A DNA stretch of 64,000 nucleotides from a virus. The stretch lies in the IMG/VR virus record IMGVR_UViG_3300045988_121070; one strand, written 5' to 3'. This document shows, one piece after another, positions 1 through 10,115 of the stretch; position 1 is the stretch's first letter, and every line of letters begins with the position of its first letter. The position numbers were made by a program, and so were the translations under genes. The notes under the pieces are model-generated. The model was not told where the DNA came from, ran no database searches, and saw nothing but the letters and a program-made list of their open reading frames with translations.

Positions 1-56
1 CCCATGACGGCGGCAGCGCCTGCTAACATAGCAGACATGAGACTTTTCTTTTTCAT
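1..56 (-). CDS. partial CDS, N-terminal end only (MKKKSLMSAMLAGAAAVMG..., signal-peptide-like); the rest lies beyond the window start
   Basis: ATG at 56-54 on the minus strand; basic n-region followed by an Ala/Leu-rich stretch; truncated by the window edge. Confidence 0.3.
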   Translation of the reverse strand, partial: MKKKSLMSAMLAGAAAVM

Positions 57-77
57 TGTTATTTGGCGTTTTTAGGA

Positions 78-148
78 CCCAGCGGAAAACCGCTGGGCAC
101 GTTGGTTATTTATGACGGCGATGCAATCGCCTAACAATTAACGAAACA
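78..148 (+). repeat. composite palindromic element (hairpin B 78-97, hairpin A 117-131, tail TAACAATTAACGAAACA)
   Basis: cccagcgg-aaaa-ccgctggg and ggcgat-gca-atcgcc stems; same family as more than 40 other loci in the window. Confidence 0.85.
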
Positions 149-153
149 GAGAC

Positions 154-1356
154 CTAAGCCTTTTTTGAGGCATCCTTTTTTGCAGCCTTCTTAGCTGCTT
201 TCTTTTCGGCTTTCTTAGCCTCGCGAGCGGCACGTTCAGCCTCCAATTTCGGTTTGATGTTCTTTTCGCAATCCTCTTTGGCAGCTTCGAGGATGGGGAG
301 GTAAGTCTTTGCTTCCTCTTCACCAATCAGTTCTACCAATTCCTGATAGCGAGCCGTCATCGTCTCGATGCGCTTAGGCGTGTTATCCTTATCTTTACGC
401 TGGAGGTATTTCACGATATCATCGACAGCCTTTTTCTTAGCTTCCGCCTTTTCGCGAGCCTCCTTCTGTACGGGGTCAGACTCTTTAATCATTTCGATAA
501 CCTTAGCCTTGAAAGCCTCCTGGTTCTCCACCTTATCCCAATAGGGTCGAAGCGTAGTGCGGAGCGCCTTTGGATCGACCTTCTGAGCCTCGATAGACGC
601 ACGGAAAGCCGTGTCCTCCTTCAGGCGCACATATACCGTGGCCATTTCGTTGTCAACACGCTCATAAATGCCCTCCACCTGTTTAGTGAGGCGGATAGCT
701 TCTTCCGCATACGGAGCCACCTCCTGTTCAGGTTTGCCGGCGAGAGCCAGAGCCTTAGCCGTAGCGTCGGCATCCTCCTGACGAGTGCGCAAGTCGCGAA
801 TCGTCTCGATAGCATTAGCGAGGTCTGGTGACATCAGCCACTTCAGCTGGTCGAGGTGCAGCATAGTACCACCACCCATAGAGCCAGCCACTGTCTCAGG
901 AGCGGCAGCGTCGATGGTTGGGATGTCCGCCTTTTTACCGAAAAGCGTATCTTCGGCAGCCTCACGTTCCTGGCGTTCCTTTTCGGCAGCGAGGGCACGA
1001 GCAGCAGCTTCCTCCTTAGTGGGGCGGCCCACATGCGATGCGAGGAGAGCAGGGTCGGTGAGATCCACGGCAGGCACCGATGTCTTCAAGTCAGCGGTAA
1101 TCTTATCCGCATAGCGGCGGATGAGTTTCTTACGAGAAGCGTAGTCTTTGAAGCGCAGCGCCTCATTGACGAAAGCACGGCAGAAGGGGAAAGCAGCCAT
1201 GAGGTTCAGTCCCTTCTCGATCTGTTCACGTATGCCGGACGTGATGTTTCCCGCCTTTTCGATGACCGGCAGGTGTTCGGCATACCAGTTCTGGTAATCA
1301 GCGAGCCACGCCTTGCGTTCCTCTGCTGACATCTGGGTGAAATTTTTTGTATTCAT
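154..1356 (-). CDS. hypothetical protein, coiled-coil rich, with Lys/Ala-rich C-terminal tail (AKKAEKKAAKKAAKKDASKKA)
   Basis: 400-aa ORF co-oriented with the head genes; the tail resembles histone-H1-like DNA-binding repeats. Confidence 0.6.
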   Translation of the reverse strand: MNTKNFTQMSAEERKAWLADYQNWYAEHLPVIEKAGNITSGIREQIEKGLNLMAAFPFCRAFVNEALRFKDYASRKKLIRRYADKITADLKTSVPAVDLTDPALLASHVGRPTKEEAAARALAAEKERQEREAAEDTLFGKKADIPTIDAAAPETVAGSMGGGTMLHLDQLKWLMSPDLANAIETIRDLRTRQEDADATAKALALAGKPEQEVAPYAEEAIRLTKQVEGIYERVDNEMATVYVRLKEDTAFRASIEAQKVDPKALRTTLRPYWDKVENQEAFKAKVIEMIKESDPVQKEAREKAEAKKKAVDDIVKYLQRKDKDNTPKRIETMTARYQELVELIGEEEAKTYLPILEAAKEDCEKNIKPKLEAERAAREAKKAEKKAAKKAAKKDASKKA

Positions 1357-1522
1357 ACTACCTTTGTTTTTAGGCTGCTGTGCTGCAGCAGCATACTAAA
1401 CATTTAACACGATGCAAAAATAGGGGAAAATTTTTTGGAGGTGGGGACAAAAAAAAGGGATGGCGATACAATCGCCTTACAAAAGAGGGGACGAAAACCC
1501 AGCGGGGGGAATCGTTGGGCGC

Positions 1523-1558
1523 AAAAAAAAGTCCTACCGATTGCGGTAGGACCTTTTT
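1523..1558. terminator. bidirectional intrinsic terminator (A8, 9-bp stem, 4-nt loop, T5)
   Basis: gtcctaccg (1531-1539) pairs with cggtaggac (1544-1552), flanked by A8 and T5; lies just downstream of the 1581..2156 gene. Confidence 0.7.
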
Positions 1559-1580
1559 ATGAGGTGAAAACCCTAAATAA

Positions 1581-2156
1581 TTAAGGGTTCTGTGTTTGAG
1601 CAGGATTAGCAGAAGCCAGGAGTGAATCCCAACCATCGTCAGGAGCAGTGACATAGAGGTTGTCATACAATACACCATTGAGGTGGAACTCCAGTGTAGT
1701 CTGACGGTCATCAGAAGTAGCAGCGCCCGTGTCGGACTTAATACCACCCTGTTCAGCCTTTACGCGGCGGTTAGGATCGTACATAATCTGCGTGTCGCCG
1801 GTGTTGCCATCAGGAACGATGATACCGATATTCAGATTGTTCAATGCACGAGACAGCTCAGAGGTCTTCTTATTGACCGCCTCGATGATAGCATTGTAGG
1901 TGAGGTTATAGCCACCGTTGGGACCCTGGCTCTCACCTTGGATCTGCTGGCTCTCATCCTTCAGGTCGAACTTATAGAGACCCTTACCTGACTTGAACGT
2001 AGGCACAGAGTAAGTATTACCCGTCAATTTGAGTGGTGTGAGGAGGTCAGACTTCACGAAGTAGTAAGCCACCGCAGAGGTACCACCGATATTCTCCAGG
2101 CAATTTTCCTCGTTCAGGTAGTTGTCGAGGTTAGGGCATGTTACTGTATCAGCCAT
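1581..2156 (-). CDS. putative virion structural protein (gene immediately after the capsid gene)
   Basis: 191-aa ORF; position between the capsid gene and a strong terminator. Confidence 0.5.
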   Translation of the reverse strand: MADTVTCPNLDNYLNEENCLENIGGTSAVAYYFVKSDLLTPLKLTGNTYSVPTFKSGKGLYKFDLKDESQQIQGESQGPNGGYNLTYNAIIEAVNKKTSELSRALNNLNIGIIVPDGNTGDTQIMYDPNRRVKAEQGGIKSDTGAATSDDRQTTLEFHLNGVLYDNLYVTAPDDGWDSLLASANPAQTQNP

Positions 2157-2235
2157 AATCTTGAAATTTTAATATTTGACGTTTAGTGTTTATAAGTACC
2201 CAGCCGAGAGCGGCTGGGCACTATGAGAGAGGAGA

Positions 2236-3513
2236 TTACGCGTTAGGAGCGAAGAATGCGGTGATAGCCATCGGCATACCTGTTGCTGTGATAGAGATCT
2301 CAGTGTCAGTCTTGCCGTTGCTCCAAGAGACAAACTTCTGGTTATCGCCAGGAACAGCCTTCAGCGTTACGATAGCGTTAGGAGCGAAGTCCAGAGGAGT
2401 ATTGTAAGCCTCTCCGTTGACCTGTACGGTACCCGTACCATCGATGCTTACCACGAGCTTAGAGTTCTCGTAGTCGCCATTGATGACGTTCTCAGCAATC
2501 GAGCCGTCGCTGATAGCGAAGACAGAAGCCAATGGGTTGAAGATACGAGTGCCCTGAATAGACTGAATCTGGAAGATTACATCCTGAGCATCCTCGTCGC
2601 TACCGAACTGTACCTTAACAAAAGTCTGATTGTTTTCAGAGTCAACTCCATACTGGAGGTTGTTAGGAATAGTTGCCATGAGGCGAGTTCCTACACCCCA
2701 AGCATCAGACGGACAGAACTCTACGCGAGGCATCTCAGGCACGGTGAAGTTGCCGTTAGGCAGGTAAGTCACCTTAGAGTTTCCGTGATACTTGTTAGAG
2801 TAGCCCTGTGCGATGTAGATACCACGCAGGATGTCACAGTGGAGCTTCACTACCTTCTGCTGGCGCAGACGAGCATCCCACTTCGTGTACCATTCAAGAA
2901 CGGTGTCGAAAGGAGTAGAGTCGTGAGCGTCGGTAGGAACACCGATAGCGTCGCAAGGAATGAGGTTGCCGTTGGTCTCGCTGATGATACCATCTGCGAT
3001 GTCGTGAGCGATGTCGGTGTGGAAACCGTCATAGAGCGAGAGCTTCTGCTTTGCCTCGTCAGGATCATCCTCATACTCCATGTTACCGAAGAAGAGGTTA
3101 GACTTCAGATCCTCGGCATAAGACTTCAGGATGGCCTCACATGCGACAGTAGAGAGAGGATAGTCGCCACCGGCCTTGCCATCGGTACCAAAGACAGTCT
3201 CAACATAGTTGTCGATATTGTCACGGTAACGGTTCCAAGTCAGCTTTGCGACCAGGGTGCGCTCCTTCAAGAAACCAATCTTGTTCTCCACAGGTGTACC
3301 CACCTTCTTACGACGGGTAGTGCCACCCTTACGGACGAGCAGATGGTCAGTTTTCTTGTACTGAACGCCAGAAATTACCTGAATGCCGAGGCGGTCGAGC
3401 AACTCAGGATCTTCGTAGGCAGGACCCATAACGATCTGCTTACCTACTTGCTCGGCTACGTGAGTCAGTGCCTCACGTCCGATGAACTCAGGTGCGTTGT
3501 TGTTGTTAGGCAT
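2236..3513 (-). CDS. putative major capsid protein with C-terminal Ig-like decoration domain
   Basis: 425-aa ORF directly downstream of the protease-scaffold gene; the C-terminal ~75 aa (VTLKAVPGDNQKFVSWSNG...ITAFF) look like an InlB-B-repeat/Ig-like module. Confidence 0.55.
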   Translation of the reverse strand: MPNNNNAPEFIGREALTHVAEQVGKQIVMGPAYEDPELLDRLGIQVISGVQYKKTDHLLVRKGGTTRRKKVGTPVENKIGFLKERTLVAKLTWNRYRDNIDNYVETVFGTDGKAGGDYPLSTVACEAILKSYAEDLKSNLFFGNMEYEDDPDEAKQKLSLYDGFHTDIAHDIADGIISETNGNLIPCDAIGVPTDAHDSTPFDTVLEWYTKWDARLRQQKVVKLHCDILRGIYIAQGYSNKYHGNSKVTYLPNGNFTVPEMPRVEFCPSDAWGVGTRLMATIPNNLQYGVDSENNQTFVKVQFGSDEDAQDVIFQIQSIQGTRIFNPLASVFAISDGSIAENVINGDYENSKLVVSIDGTGTVQVNGEAYNTPLDFAPNAIVTLKAVPGDNQKFVSWSNGKTDTEISITATGMPMAITAFFAPNA

Positions 3514-3550
3514 AACTTTGATTTTTTAAAGGGTTAATAATTTGGAAATT

Positions 3551-5188
3551 TTACGCATTGATTTTTGCCATGTACTCCTTGCGGATGCGGGCATTCTCCA
3601 GAGGTGACTTTGTGTGGTCGTAAGCAGGCATACCACCCTCGGCCTTCTGTTCCTCGGCACCCTGGCCGTTGTTAGCAGGAGAGCCAGCAGGTACAGCAGC
3701 AGCAGCCGTTGTCAGTTGCTCAATCTGTCCCTTCTGGTCGGTGATGGTCTGATTAGCGGCGGCCAGTTGGTCCTTAACCTCCTTCAGTTCCTTTTCAGCC
3801 TTCTCGCGAGCAGCAATCTCAGCATTGAGTGCAGTGGTGTGCTCCTCTTTGAGCGTGTTGACAGCTTGCTCGTGTGCATCGTTCAATTCCTTCTCACGAG
3901 CAGAGACGGCATCTTTCTTAGTAGTCTCGGCCTGGCTGACTTGTGTCTTCAGACCCTCGATCAGTTTCAGAGCATCCGCCTTTTCAGTGGCGTTAGTCTC
4001 AAGTGTCTGGTTGAGTGCTTCGAGCATGTCGGGCACGAAGTGAGCGCCCTCAGCGTCCACTACCAGCTCAGGTACACCGCAAGCGGTGGCAATTTTTTCA
4101 TACTGTTTCATATTCTCATTGTTTAAGGGGTTGTTCTTTTCTCCCTCGGTGGCAGAACCACCGAGCACAGTGGCATCCGTGGCAGGAGTGGCAGCGGTGG
4201 CAGCTTCGGCTGCTGGTGCAGGTTCCTGTTCGGGTACATCATCTTCAGGAGCAACGGGAGCCACACGTTCGATAGGCTGTGCGGTGCCGTTGGCTACCTC
4301 GAAAGCACGGGTGATAACCTCTCCGAGTGTCATCTGGCCATCGCAGAGGATGCCCTTGACCTTTTCAGCCTCGAAGACCTTACCATGGATATGCTCATCC
4401 TTAGCAGCAGGAAAAGCCTTTTGGATGTCCGAGCGGAACTGTACGCCATCCTCCTTCAGTTCGTCGATGAGCACCTTATCATTCTTCGGGTCATCGGCGA
4501 GGTCACGATACCATTTGTTTTTGTCGTAGGACTCTGGATCGTAAAGTTCGTGGAACGTCTCGTTGGTGTATTTGTTGGTCGTACCGTTCTTTTCTGTGTA
4601 GAACACAGCCATGACACCGATAGAGCCAAACATGTCTTTGGGGTGCATGTAATACACCTCGTCACACTGAGAAGCCAGGTACATGGCAGCAGAGGCACAG
4701 AGACCATCGACGAAAGCATACACTTTCTGTCCGCGTTCGTGTGCATAGTCGATAGCCTGCTTAAAGTCGTTGATAGCCCAAGCGGAGCCACCAGGCGAGT
4801 TAATGACAAAGACATGTGCCTTACAGAACTCGTTATTAGCAGCCTCCATGAGCCAGTCGCGCAGATCCATCGAGCCATAGGAGCAGGCACCACCTTCGCG
4901 GGTGATAGGACCGGCCACCGGCATGACATTGACGAAAGGCGCATCCATGTCCTCCATCCACCAGCGGCTTTCTACCTTGCCTTGCTCAGTCACCTGGTAC
5001 TCCTTGATTTCGGGAGCGGCATCCTCGGCAGACTTGATGAGCTGCATGGCGTATGGCTTTTTCTTTTTGTCGAACTCCAAAGCGACGTGACCATTCAGGT
5101 TCTGTTCCCACATGGTACGAGAACCATGCACGTATTCCGGCATGATCATCCACTTCTTCGTTGACAGGATTTCTAATAGTCCATTCAT
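3551..5188 (-). CDS. prohead protease (S49/SppA-ClpP family) fused to a coiled-coil scaffold region
   Basis: VINSPGGSAWAINDF and GLCASAAMYLAS...GSIGV motifs; Ala/Pro linker followed by a long coiled-coil C-terminus, as in lambda gpC/Nu3. Confidence 0.8.
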   Translation of the reverse strand: MNGLLEILSTKKWMIMPEYVHGSRTMWEQNLNGHVALEFDKKKKPYAMQLIKSAEDAAPEIKEYQVTEQGKVESRWWMEDMDAPFVNVMPVAGPITREGGACSYGSMDLRDWLMEAANNEFCKAHVFVINSPGGSAWAINDFKQAIDYAHERGQKVYAFVDGLCASAAMYLASQCDEVYYMHPKDMFGSIGVMAVFYTEKNGTTNKYTNETFHELYDPESYDKNKWYRDLADDPKNDKVLIDELKEDGVQFRSDIQKAFPAAKDEHIHGKVFEAEKVKGILCDGQMTLGEVITRAFEVANGTAQPIERVAPVAPEDDVPEQEPAPAAEAATAATPATDATVLGGSATEGEKNNPLNNENMKQYEKIATACGVPELVVDAEGAHFVPDMLEALNQTLETNATEKADALKLIEGLKTQVSQAETTKKDAVSAREKELNDAHEQAVNTLKEEHTTALNAEIAAREKAEKELKEVKDQLAAANQTITDQKGQIEQLTTAAAAVPAGSPANNGQGAEEQKAEGGMPAYDHTKSPLENARIRKEYMAKINA

Positions 5189-5212
5189 ACTTTTGCGAAT
5201 TAAATTCTACGG

Positions 5213-5220
5213 CAAAGGTA
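5213..5220 (-). promoter_or_regulatory. Bacteroidota-type -7 box TACCTTTG
   Basis: plus-strand caaaggta, 25 nt upstream of the ATG at 5188. Confidence 0.5.
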
Positions 5221-5283
5221 TTGAATGCGTGTGATGAGAATGGGTGTGTTTTTCGAGGTGAAATGAGCGTTTTAGGGGAGGAC

Positions 5284-5427
5284 GGCGATAAAATCGCCTA
5301 ACAATAAACGAAACAAGGGCGGAGAGGCCCAGCACTAAAGTGCGGAGAACGAGAACGAAAAAGCCCCACCGAAAACGGCGGGGCGGGGTGGTAGGAGCGG
5401 GAATGGTCAACGGGCGAACCGCTGGGC
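5284..5427 (+). repeat. composite palindromic element cluster (hairpin A 5284-5298, tail, three B-type hairpins including 5364-5383)
   Basis: ggcgataaaatcgcc + taacaataaacgaaaca; ccccaccgaaaacggcgggg has an A.C mismatch on the plus strand that becomes a G.U wobble in minus-strand RNA. Confidence 0.8.
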
Positions 5428-5448
5428 ACCCTATACATTATATATATA

Positions 5449-5940
5449 TTAAGAGGTAGTGAGGGTGACGGGGTGAGACATCGAGAGCACCTTCACTTTC
5501 AGGAGGACGGACGAATTGGCTGACAGCTGTTCGTCGAGATCGATAGTGCTGCTGTTTGGCAATGCGTAGGACATATCCCTTGTGCCATCAGCATGAGTGT
5601 AAACACAGTGGAAGTCATGGCCTTGTAGTGCGTCAACAGCCCTTTCTGCAAGGGTTTTGTCATTTTTCATCGGGATTTGGAGGTCGTGCTTATAGACCGT
5701 TCCTGCCTGTTGGCGAGCCGTTGTCACCTTCAGGTTCGGGTTGTCGGATAATTCCGCCTCGTTATCGTCAGCAACAGACAGCGCCACCGACAGTGCCGGT
5801 GTGCCAGAGAAGAAGTTGTTTTCCACCAGCGACTGAATGTTGATGTTTGGCGGAATGGGAATAGAACATTGTGATGCCGGATAGATGTCGATGCGAACGA
5901 TATCATCCAGGCGCGACTCGCGGCAATTTTTTTCGTTCAT
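5449..5940 (-). CDS. hypothetical protein
   Basis: 163-aa ORF, co-oriented, bounded by repeat elements. Confidence 0.5.
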   Translation of the reverse strand: MNEKNCRESRLDDIVRIDIYPASQCSIPIPPNINIQSLVENNFFSGTPALSVALSVADDNEAELSDNPNLKVTTARQQAGTVYKHDLQIPMKNDKTLAERAVDALQGHDFHCVYTHADGTRDMSYALPNSSTIDLDEQLSANSSVLLKVKVLSMSHPVTLTTS

Positions 5941-6075
5941 ACTTTTACTTTTTTTATGGGGTTATAACTCATCTGCAAGAGAACGTGACACGTTGTCAAC
6001 ATAAAAAACACGAAAATAGGGTTGTTTTTAATATTTTTTGTTGTATGATTTTGACATTTTTTACATTGAAAATTC

Positions 6076-6816
6076 TTATTTCTCATCATCATATTTAGGC
6101 AGTCCACCATAGCGCTCGTGTTTGTCGATGCGAGTAATGAGATCGTTGCCGATGATGGTAGGGTCCTGGACCAATCTCTTAGCCTCCTGTTTCCAGCGGT
6201 AGGACAGGCGGCGCAAGCCCTCGCGTTCGTTCTGGTTGTGCGACACAGGTATGTCGTATTCCATGAGAAAGCGCTCCAGTATTTCTACATTCGAGCGTTC
6301 GATATGATTTGCCTTTGCAAAAATCTCATTTTTTTCCACAAAGTCCATGTAACGGCGGATGAAGTTATTACGCAATATCTGGCGCAGTTGGTTAGCCGCA
6401 CGAGTATCGAGCGTGTAGGACTTGCTGATGCGTTGCACCCGTCCATCGATGAACACCTCACGCGGAACAGAGATACACAGGAACTCGTAAGCCTCCGTCT
6501 TTGTTTTGTTGGGCAGGCGTTCGAGGGTGCATATCTCGGCATAGGTTAGATAGTCGTCAGGATTGCGATTGATGATTGGTTTGCCACCGTTAGGCAGTCG
6601 GCCACGGAGCATGTTCTGCCATGAAGACTGAGAGTAACAAGAGGCACGATGCTGTTGTGCTTCAGGCACGATACGCAGTCCATTGGTGAGCACCACATAT
6701 TCCTCAGTATATTGTGAAAACTCGATAGGTGTGGTCATCGGTAGCGACTGACCATCGCCGACAGAGCGCATGAAAGCAGCGACATATTTAGATGTGCGCA
6801 GGTAGATGTTTGCCAT
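6076..6816 (-). CDS. hypothetical protein
   Basis: ORF trimmed to the ATG at 6816 (MANIYL...); the track start at 6837 is TTG and overlaps the -7 box caaaggta at 6835-6842. Confidence 0.55.
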   Translation of the reverse strand: MANIYLRTSKYVAAFMRSVGDGQSLPMTTPIEFSQYTEEYVVLTNGLRIVPEAQQHRASCYSQSSWQNMLRGRLPNGGKPIINRNPDDYLTYAEICTLERLPNKTKTEAYEFLCISVPREVFIDGRVQRISKSYTLDTRAANQLRQILRNNFIRRYMDFVEKNEIFAKANHIERSNVEILERFLMEYDIPVSHNQNEREGLRRLSYRWKQEAKRLVQDPTIIGNDLITRIDKHERYGGLPKYDDEK

Positions 6817-6870
6817 AATTCCAATTTTATAATGCAAAGGTAAGACCCGCTGACCAAATCAGCGGGCACC

Positions 6871-7710
6871 CTATTCTTCTTCTTCGATTTTCAGTTTCAG
6901 TTCGTCACGGGTGATGTATTCGTTGCAGACAGCAGCAGGGAGGTAGGTATGGACGGTGAACGGATTAGCAGCCACGATGACCAATGTCTCACGGTTGTTA
7001 GCGCCCACCTCAGTCTGTGTGTCTTTCTTGATCCATGCGGTGACGATAGAACGAGCATCCTTGATGTCGTGTGCCCAGCAGACAAACTTACGTTTCTTGA
7101 CCCAGGCTTCTTTATTGTTGGTACCATCCACCCACATGTCAGCACGGGCATAGGTAGCCTGTACCTTGAACGGCATCTTTACAGGTGCATCCTTATCCTT
7201 TTCCAATGCCTCCTTTTCAGCCTGGATGTCAGCAGCTGTACGTCCGATGAAGGTGAGGTTGTCGAGCATTTCCACATCAAGGATATGGAATGAGGAAACA
7301 TGTTCGCCAAAGACCTCTTCTGTGGCACCCTCGGTGTAGTCGGTGGCAAGGTCGATAGCCTGGCGCATAGACTCCGCACGGCAGATAACCACACCCGTCT
7401 TAGAGCCGGATGACTTCATGGTGACTTTGACATGCACGAGGCGATAGAACTGGCGCAGTTCCTCGGCGCGTCCTGGAGTATTGGTGACGACGATTTCCTT
7501 GATGCCGTACTCCTCGATGTCCTTTACCATTTCAGAGTCCACGCGGGAGTCACGGTCATAGAGCACCTGGCTACGTTCGATGCTGATGATTTCCTGTGTG
7601 TCTTCATCCACAAAGTCCTCCATCCATTTCTTGCAGACATGTTCTGCGAGGAACATACCGATGCCGTCCTTTGGTGCGACGGTCTTTTTGAGATAATCTT
7701 TTCTGAGCAT
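6871..7710 (-). CDS. hypothetical protein
   Basis: 279-aa ORF followed by a B-type hairpin. Confidence 0.55.
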   Translation of the reverse strand: MLRKDYLKKTVAPKDGIGMFLAEHVCKKWMEDFVDEDTQEIISIERSQVLYDRDSRVDSEMVKDIEEYGIKEIVVTNTPGRAEELRQFYRLVHVKVTMKSSGSKTGVVICRAESMRQAIDLATDYTEGATEEVFGEHVSSFHILDVEMLDNLTFIGRTAADIQAEKEALEKDKDAPVKMPFKVQATYARADMWVDGTNNKEAWVKKRKFVCWAHDIKDARSIVTAWIKKDTQTEVGANNRETLVIVAANPFTVHTYLPAAVCNEYITRDELKLKIEEEE

Positions 7711-7755
7711 AACTGTTATTATTAGGACCCAGCCGAGAACGGCTGGGAGGGGTTG

Positions 7756-7917
7756 CTATTCCTTGTTGCGGTGGCAGAATGCCTCACACCACATACGGCG
7801 GTTGACTGTTTCGCCCGTTGTGGGGCAGAAATAGCCACGCGGTTTTTTCGGTTCGCTGTTGGCGCATGTGGTGCAGTTGGTCGTTTCGGACCATCCATTG
7901 ACTATTGTTTCATTCAT
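7756..7917 (-). CDS. small Cys-rich (zinc-finger-like) protein, 53 aa
   Basis: MNETIVNGWSETTNCTTCANSEPKKPRGYFCPTTGETVNRRMWCEAFCHRNKE; its ATG overlaps the stop of the upstream gene (ATGAATGA). Confidence 0.4.
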   Translation of the reverse strand: MNETIVNGWSETTNCTTCANSEPKKPRGYFCPTTGETVNRRMWCEAFCHRNKE

Positions 7918-8299
7918 AGAGTTTCTTCATTGCGTTACCCAATTCCTGTATGGCGGAAATGGTTTTTGTTATGGGTTTCTCGTTGGGAGAATCAGCGAGC
8001 ACTATTTTTTTCTGACAGAAGTCGGCAACGGCTTTTTCGAGACATGCGCCACGCGAAGTTTCGTAGTCTTTCATCAGATAGATAGCCTTGCAGAAGAATG
8101 CGAGGATCATGCAGTCGATGAATACCTGGAAACGATAAGGCATGATAGAGAAGAGCGGCTGGAACCAGCCGAACATCGTGGTAGGATTGACGGGTGTGTA
8201 GCCCAAGCAAAACACGATGTATTCTGCCATTCCAAAGCGATCCAGATAGTCGGTAGTGCCGGTGATGGGACCTGAGATATAGATACGGGGACGTTTCAT
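7910..8299 (-). CDS. DUF4406-like (nucleoside 2-deoxyribosyltransferase-like) protein
   Basis: N-terminal RIYISGPITG... and later ETSRGACLE resemble the IYIAGPmtG / S.Ga..E pattern of that family. Confidence 0.45.
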   Translation of the reverse strand: MKRPRIYISGPITGTTDYLDRFGMAEYIVFCLGYTPVNPTTMFGWFQPLFSIMPYRFQVFIDCMILAFFCKAIYLMKDYETSRGACLEKAVADFCQKKIVLADSPNEKPITKTISAIQELGNAMKKLYE

Positions 8300-8694
8300 A
8301 GAGACATATCTTTAGACATTAACATAGAGAGACCAGCAACAATATCAAGAGCAGCTTCCATCATCTGTACGCCACCATGCAGGATTTGTGTGTAATAGGA
8401 AAGTTCCTTAAACTCTGGTGTATCTTTATCCATTGTTTTCAGTTTCTCAGCCATCTGCTTCAATGCAGTTGTAAGGAAACTTTTAGGCACTGATATATCC
8501 TTTAGGCATAGACTCAGTTGGCAGACATACATCAAGTAATCTGGCTTTGGCATAGAGACTGCAGGCTGCTGTTCTTTCAGCCGTTTGTAGTCTTGCAGCC
8601 AGGAGGCGAGTTGAGCATGGTCTAAGCCACACTCAGAGTCGGCGAGGATGTCGGCTTCGTCTATGCAGTGTTGTATTGCTTCGTCGAGTGTCAT
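8296..8694 (-). CDS. hypothetical protein
   Basis: 132-aa ORF with a 4-nt overlap to the next gene. Confidence 0.5.
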   Translation of the reverse strand: MTLDEAIQHCIDEADILADSECGLDHAQLASWLQDYKRLKEQQPAVSMPKPDYLMYVCQLSLCLKDISVPKSFLTTALKQMAEKLKTMDKDTPEFKELSYYTQILHGGVQMMEAALDIVAGLSMLMSKDMSL

Positions 8695-8701
8695 TGTTAT
8701 C

Positions 8702-8929
8702 TTATTTAGGGCAGCGATAGTATCGCTGCATACGGGACAATATTTTGTTTGTTTCTATCTCCAGTAGGTTAGCGACAGCCTGGTCACGAGTGGTAGCATA
8801 GCGAAAACGCTGTTTGCATCGCGAGCACTCGTAAAAGTGCTGTGTCTTTTTGTCGTAGTGGTGTACTTCGATAGGATGCAGCTTGTGACCGAGGATGATA
8901 CAGAGAACACGATGCCAATTCATATCCAT
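8702..8929 (-). CDS. small Cys/His protein; its 3' end runs into a palindromic element
   Basis: 75-aa ORF; hairpin A + CATACGGGACA at 8711-8741 encodes the last residues (RMQRYYRCPK). Confidence 0.45.
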   Translation of the reverse strand: MDMNWHRVLCIILGHKLHPIEVHHYDKKTQHFYECSRCKQRFRYATTRDQAVANLLEIETNKILSRMQRYYRCPK

Positions 8930-9072
8930 GTATGACCATTAAAAGTTCTCGTAAAAACATGCGCGACACCATCAGGGTCGTAATAAAGTTTATACATCAC
9001 ATCGCCTTTTTGTGGCTTTGATGGCAGAACAGGTACATGGTACCCAGCAGGAGTCGTTACAAAATTACACAT
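8920..9072 (-). CDS. small hypothetical protein, 50 aa
   Basis: ATG at 9072 (MCNFVTTPAGYHVP...), fills the gap between neighbouring genes. Confidence 0.3.
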   Translation of the reverse strand: MCNFVTTPAGYHVPVLPSKPQKGDVMYKLYYDPDGVAHVFTRTFNGHTWI

Positions 9073-9073
9073 A

Positions 9074-9397
9074 TTATCTTATTTTTATACCTAAGTTACA
9101 TTCACCTGTAAAGATGCTGTTGACGCTGTTGTGCGAACATTCGGAACACATGGCACCATCGTCGTCTGGGAACGGACAGCCGAGAGAGGCGAGGTCTTTG
9201 CGCTCGATACCAGCATAAGGGTCGAAGCCCTTGCTGTTAATGCAGTGCTGAGTAGCGGGGTCGTCAGCGATTTCTTTGTCAGCACAGTGTGAACAGAGTT
9301 CGTGCGTATCATCGACCCACCAGCAATTACCATGTGTCGGGTTGTGACAGGGGTCGGTGTCTGTGCATCCGCATATTTTACATACTCCGTATGGCAT
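9074..9397 (-). CDS. Cys-rich hypothetical protein
   Basis: 107-aa ORF with multiple CxxC/CxC clusters. Confidence 0.5.
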   Translation of the reverse strand: MPYGVCKICGCTDTDPCHNPTHGNCWWVDDTHELCSHCADKEIADDPATQHCINSKGFDPYAGIERKDLASLGCPFPDDDGAMCSECSHNSVNSIFTGECNLGIKIR

Positions 9398-9400
9398 ATT

Positions 9401-9890
9401 TTATCGATTTAGAATTAGATATTTACCTTGTATCGAGGATTGGCACAGGCGAGCGTCTGCTTCATAGCCGAAGGCGACGAGGACAGAACCGAAGAATGGG
9501 GAGCCGGTGGTGCCGTCTGGCTGAATGAACCTGATGCGGTGGCGCATGAAGATCAGCGACTTTGCCTTGGGGAAGATGACTTCCTGAAAGAGTAGGTTAT
9601 CAACCTGGTTCTTCAGTAAGGCGATACCATTGTTATGCTCTGCCAACTTCTCAACGAATGGACGCAGTAGGGAGCGGCTATATGGCGGGTTCATAAAGAC
9701 CAGTGCCGAGGAAGGCCATTCCTGAGCAAGCCCGTTTTGCTCCTTATTATACGATAGTGGCGCTATCTGATAGGGGGGGGGTAATTGGCGAACATGGGTC
9801 CAAATCAAATGGCCCCAACTCATCGATAACCCACTTTGGTGTGTACCACTCATCGGAACTTACTACGGGATTGCGCTGTGTCTTGTTCAT
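9401..9890 (-). CDS. phage Dam-family N6-adenine DNA methyltransferase, frameshifted at a 9-nt homopolymer
   Basis: MNKTQRNPVVSSDEWYTPKWVIDELGPFDLDPCSPI... in one frame and ...NGLAQEWPSSALVFMNPPYSR in the next; the frames join if the run at 9773-9781 (G9 on plus) is 8 nt. Confidence 0.75.
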
Positions 9891-9893
9891 TGC

Positions 9894-10115
9894 TTATCTT
9901 GAATTATAAAGTGTGAAAGTATCTGGAATAAAGTGGCAGAAGACCACTTGTTTTTTCTCGTCACAGCCGCCATAAAACGGGCAATCGTACTCCAACCACG
10001 AGCCGACATGAACTAAAGTCGGTCCTATTTTGCAGGTGTCACAAGTAGCCTTCATCCCATGCGGACAGGGAGTCTTACTACTTTTAGATTTCATCTTAAA
10101 CTTTATCTCCTCCAT
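9894..10115 (-). CDS. small Cys-rich protein
   Basis: 73-aa ORF. Confidence 0.45.
   Translation of the reverse strand: MEEIKFKMKSKSSKTPCPHGMKATCDTCKIGPTLVHVGSWLEYDCPFYGGCDEKKQVVFCHFIPDTFTLYNSR

Noticed and set aside
5207-5410. Track ORFs that sit on repeat clusters (5207..5410, 18262..18804, 18647..18874, 28127..28354, 33303..33701)
   Set aside because: Their peptides are simply translations of the palindromic elements (PSRSRLG, GDxIA and similar) in intergenic regions. There is no independent coding evidence.
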